The notes beneath the pieces were generated by a model. It ran no database searches and was not told where the DNA came from. It saw only the letters and a program-made list of their open reading frames with translations. Positions 62,101 to 64,000 of a DNA stretch of 64,000 nt are shown here, in pieces. The position numbers and the translations under genes were made by a program. Origin of the DNA: Nitrospinales bacterium. GTDB taxonomy: Bacteria > Nitrospinota > Nitrospinia > Nitrospinales > VA-1. Within the stretch, counting starts at the first letter, position 1, and each line of letters begins with the position of its first letter. The DNA lies in NCBI GenBank assembly GCA_965262115.1, contig OZ253496.1, positions 1,248,001 to 1,312,000 of the forward strand, in the 5' to 3' direction.

Positions 62101-63795
62101 TCAAGTGGACTTTTGGGAAATTTTCGCCCAGGTATCGCGAAGCGTTACAGTCCTGTTGAAAACTGGCACTCCAGAAGCGGAGTCCTCATTGTCCACGCAG
62201 AAATACCCCAGCCGTAAAAACTGAAACCGGTCGCCCGCCACCGCATCCACCAAAAAGGGTTCAATGAACCCGTCTTTGACAACCTCAAGAGAATCGGGAT
62301 TCAAACTTGAGATCAACTCAGGATATTCTTTTTCGTCCGCAGGATTTTCCTTGAGAAACAGGTGGTTGTATAGCCTGACTTCGGCATGCCGGGCATGGGC
62401 CTGAGAGAGCCAATGCAGAGTGCCTTTTACCTTCCGGCCCTCCATGGAAGAGCCGCTTTTGGTTTCCGGATCATAAGTACAGCGTAACTCCACCACTTCT
62501 CCCGTTTTTTTATCCTTAATCACCCGTTCACATTTGATGATGTAGGCATGCTTCAACCGCACCTCCCGGCCCGGAGCGAGACGAAAAAACTTCTTCGGAG
62601 GGTCTTCCATAAAATCATCCCGTTCAATATAAAGAAACCGGGAAAAAGGAACCTTGCGAGATCCGGCGCCGGAATCTTCGGGATTGTTCTCGGCAGTAAG
62701 CTCTTCCACCTGATCTTCCGGGTAGTTCTCAATCACCACTTTCAGGGGTCGAACCACGGCCATCACCCTAGGCGCCGTTTTATTTAAATCTTCGCGCACA
62801 CAATGTTCCAGCAGGGCAAAATCTACCGTGCTGTTGCTTTTAGAGACTCCGATCCGTTCACAAAAATCGCGAATGGCCTCAGGCGGGTAACCTCTGCGGC
62901 GCATGCCCGATAAAGTCGGCATGCGTGGGTCATTCCATCCGCTCACATGCTTCTCCTGCACTAACTGCAAAAGCTTACGCTTGCTCAATACCGTGTAATT
63001 CAGGTTGAGACGGGCAAATTCAATTTGCTGGGGACGGTAAATATCCAGTTCTTTCAGGAACCAGTCATAAAGAGGGCGGTGGTCCTCGAACTCCAGAGTA
63101 CAGATTGAGTGGGTGATCTGCTCCAGCGAATCCGATTGACCGTGCGTGAAATCATACATGGGATAAATGCACCACTTATCTCCCGTGCGATGATGAGCCG
63201 ATTTCAAAATCCGATACAGCACCGGATCCCGAAAATTCAGGTTGCCCGATGCCATGTCAATTTTGGCCCGCAAGACCTTTTCACCTTCCGCAAATTCGCC
63301 GGTCCGCATGCGTTCAAACAAATCCAGATTTTCTTCCACCGGCCTGTCGCGATGAGGACTGTCCCGTCCCGGTTCGGTGAGCGTGCCTCGGTATTCACGA
63401 ATTTGTTCAGGACTCAACGCATCCACATAAGCTTTGCCATTCTCGATCAGCCGGACCGCATACTGGTAAAGCTGGTCAAAATATTCTGAGGAATAATACA
63501 ACCGGTCGCCCCAGTCAAACCCCAACCATCGCACGTCTTCTATAATGGCTTTGACATATTCTTCCTCTTCTTTGCTGGGGTTGGTGTCATCAAACCTGAG
63601 GTTACATTTCCCCGAATACTGCAGAGCCAATCCGAAATTCAGGCAAATGGATTTGGCGTGACCAATATGCAGATAGCCATTAGGCTCAGGGGGAAAGCGG
63701 GTATGGACCCGCCCATCAAACTTGAGCGTGTTTAAATCTTCCTCGATAATATCCTGGATAAAATGGGTCGAGGATTCAGAATCTTCTATTTGCAA
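62101..63795 (-). CDS. glnS: Glutamine--tRNA ligase
   Basis: [38 protein letters not shown]. Confidence 0.97.
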   Translation of the reverse strand: MQIEDSESSTHFIQDIIEEDLNTLKFDGRVHTRFPPEPNGYLHIGHAKSICLNFGLALQYSGKCNLRFDDTNPSKEEEEYVKAIIEDVRWLGFDWGDRLYYSSEYFDQLYQYAVRLIENGKAYVDALSPEQIREYRGTLTEPGRDSPHRDRPVEENLDLFERMRTGEFAEGEKVLRAKIDMASGNLNFRDPVLYRILKSAHHRTGDKWCIYPMYDFTHGQSDSLEQITHSICTLEFEDHRPLYDWFLKELDIYRPQQIEFARLNLNYTVLSKRKLLQLVQEKHVSGWNDPRMPTLSGMRRRGYPPEAIRDFCERIGVSKSNSTVDFALLEHCVREDLNKTAPRVMAVVRPLKVVIENYPEDQVEELTAENNPEDSGAGSRKVPFSRFLYIERDDFMEDPPKKFFRLAPGREVRLKHAYIIKCERVIKDKKTGEVVELRCTYDPETKSGSSMEGRKVKGTLHWLSQAHARHAEVRLYNHLFLKENPADEKEYPELISSLNPDSLEVVKDGFIEPFLVDAVAGDRFQFLRLGYFCVDNEDSASGVPVFNRTVTLRDTWAKISQKST

Positions 63796-63809
63796 AATCT
63801 TTTCTCCTT

Positions 63810-63932
63810 ACCAGCGTGACGCTGGACTCACGGAACACAAAATTTTAGGAACACGTTTTGTTCGATGGGGCTAGGCTGATGTGATATTTTACATTTGCCT
63901 TCATGCCCCGGAAGGGTAGAAGGGGGTTTTCC
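63810..63932. repeat. Composite repeat upstream of glnS
   Basis: CCAGCGTGACGCTGG 63811-63825; GTGATAT...CTTCATGCCCCGGAAGGGTAGAAGG 63881-63923. Confidence 0.8.
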
Positions 63933-64000
63933 TAAATGTCAGATAATACGTTTGAATGACCGGTAATCGCAAATTTATAATTCTGCTGATTTTTATGATC

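Overview
Bacterial chromosome window. Gene content resembles Nitrospinota, but that is an unverified inference. Housekeeping genes include leuCD, a fused aroD-aroE, gcvT-H-PA, lepA-lepB, tyrS, rpmH-rnpA-yidD-yidC-mnmE, purH, dnaN, glnS and tRNA-Phe. Three restriction-modification (R-M) loci are interspersed: a decayed type III locus with a lipase gene inside it, and two type II loci with controller proteins. Intergenic DNA is dense with modular palindromic repeats. The standout is a complete ~1.2 kb IS110-family element (48052-49252) whose non-coding left end can be read by eye as a bridge RNA. Its target-binding guides (TTTACCCCT and CCCGAAG) specify TTTACCC-CT-TCGGG, the hairpin core of a repeat module present ~16 times in this window, and the element has split one such copy at a duplicated CT core. 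Its donor-binding guides match the element's own joined ends (ACAGTTG-CT-TG), and joining the ends creates a TTGACA-17-TATGTT promoter. The bridge-RNA mechanism itself is published (IS621). What may be new is this ortholog, its target, and the nesting of a ~99-bp repeat unit, an inserted module and the IS110. All alignments and folds were done by eye; no database searches were run.
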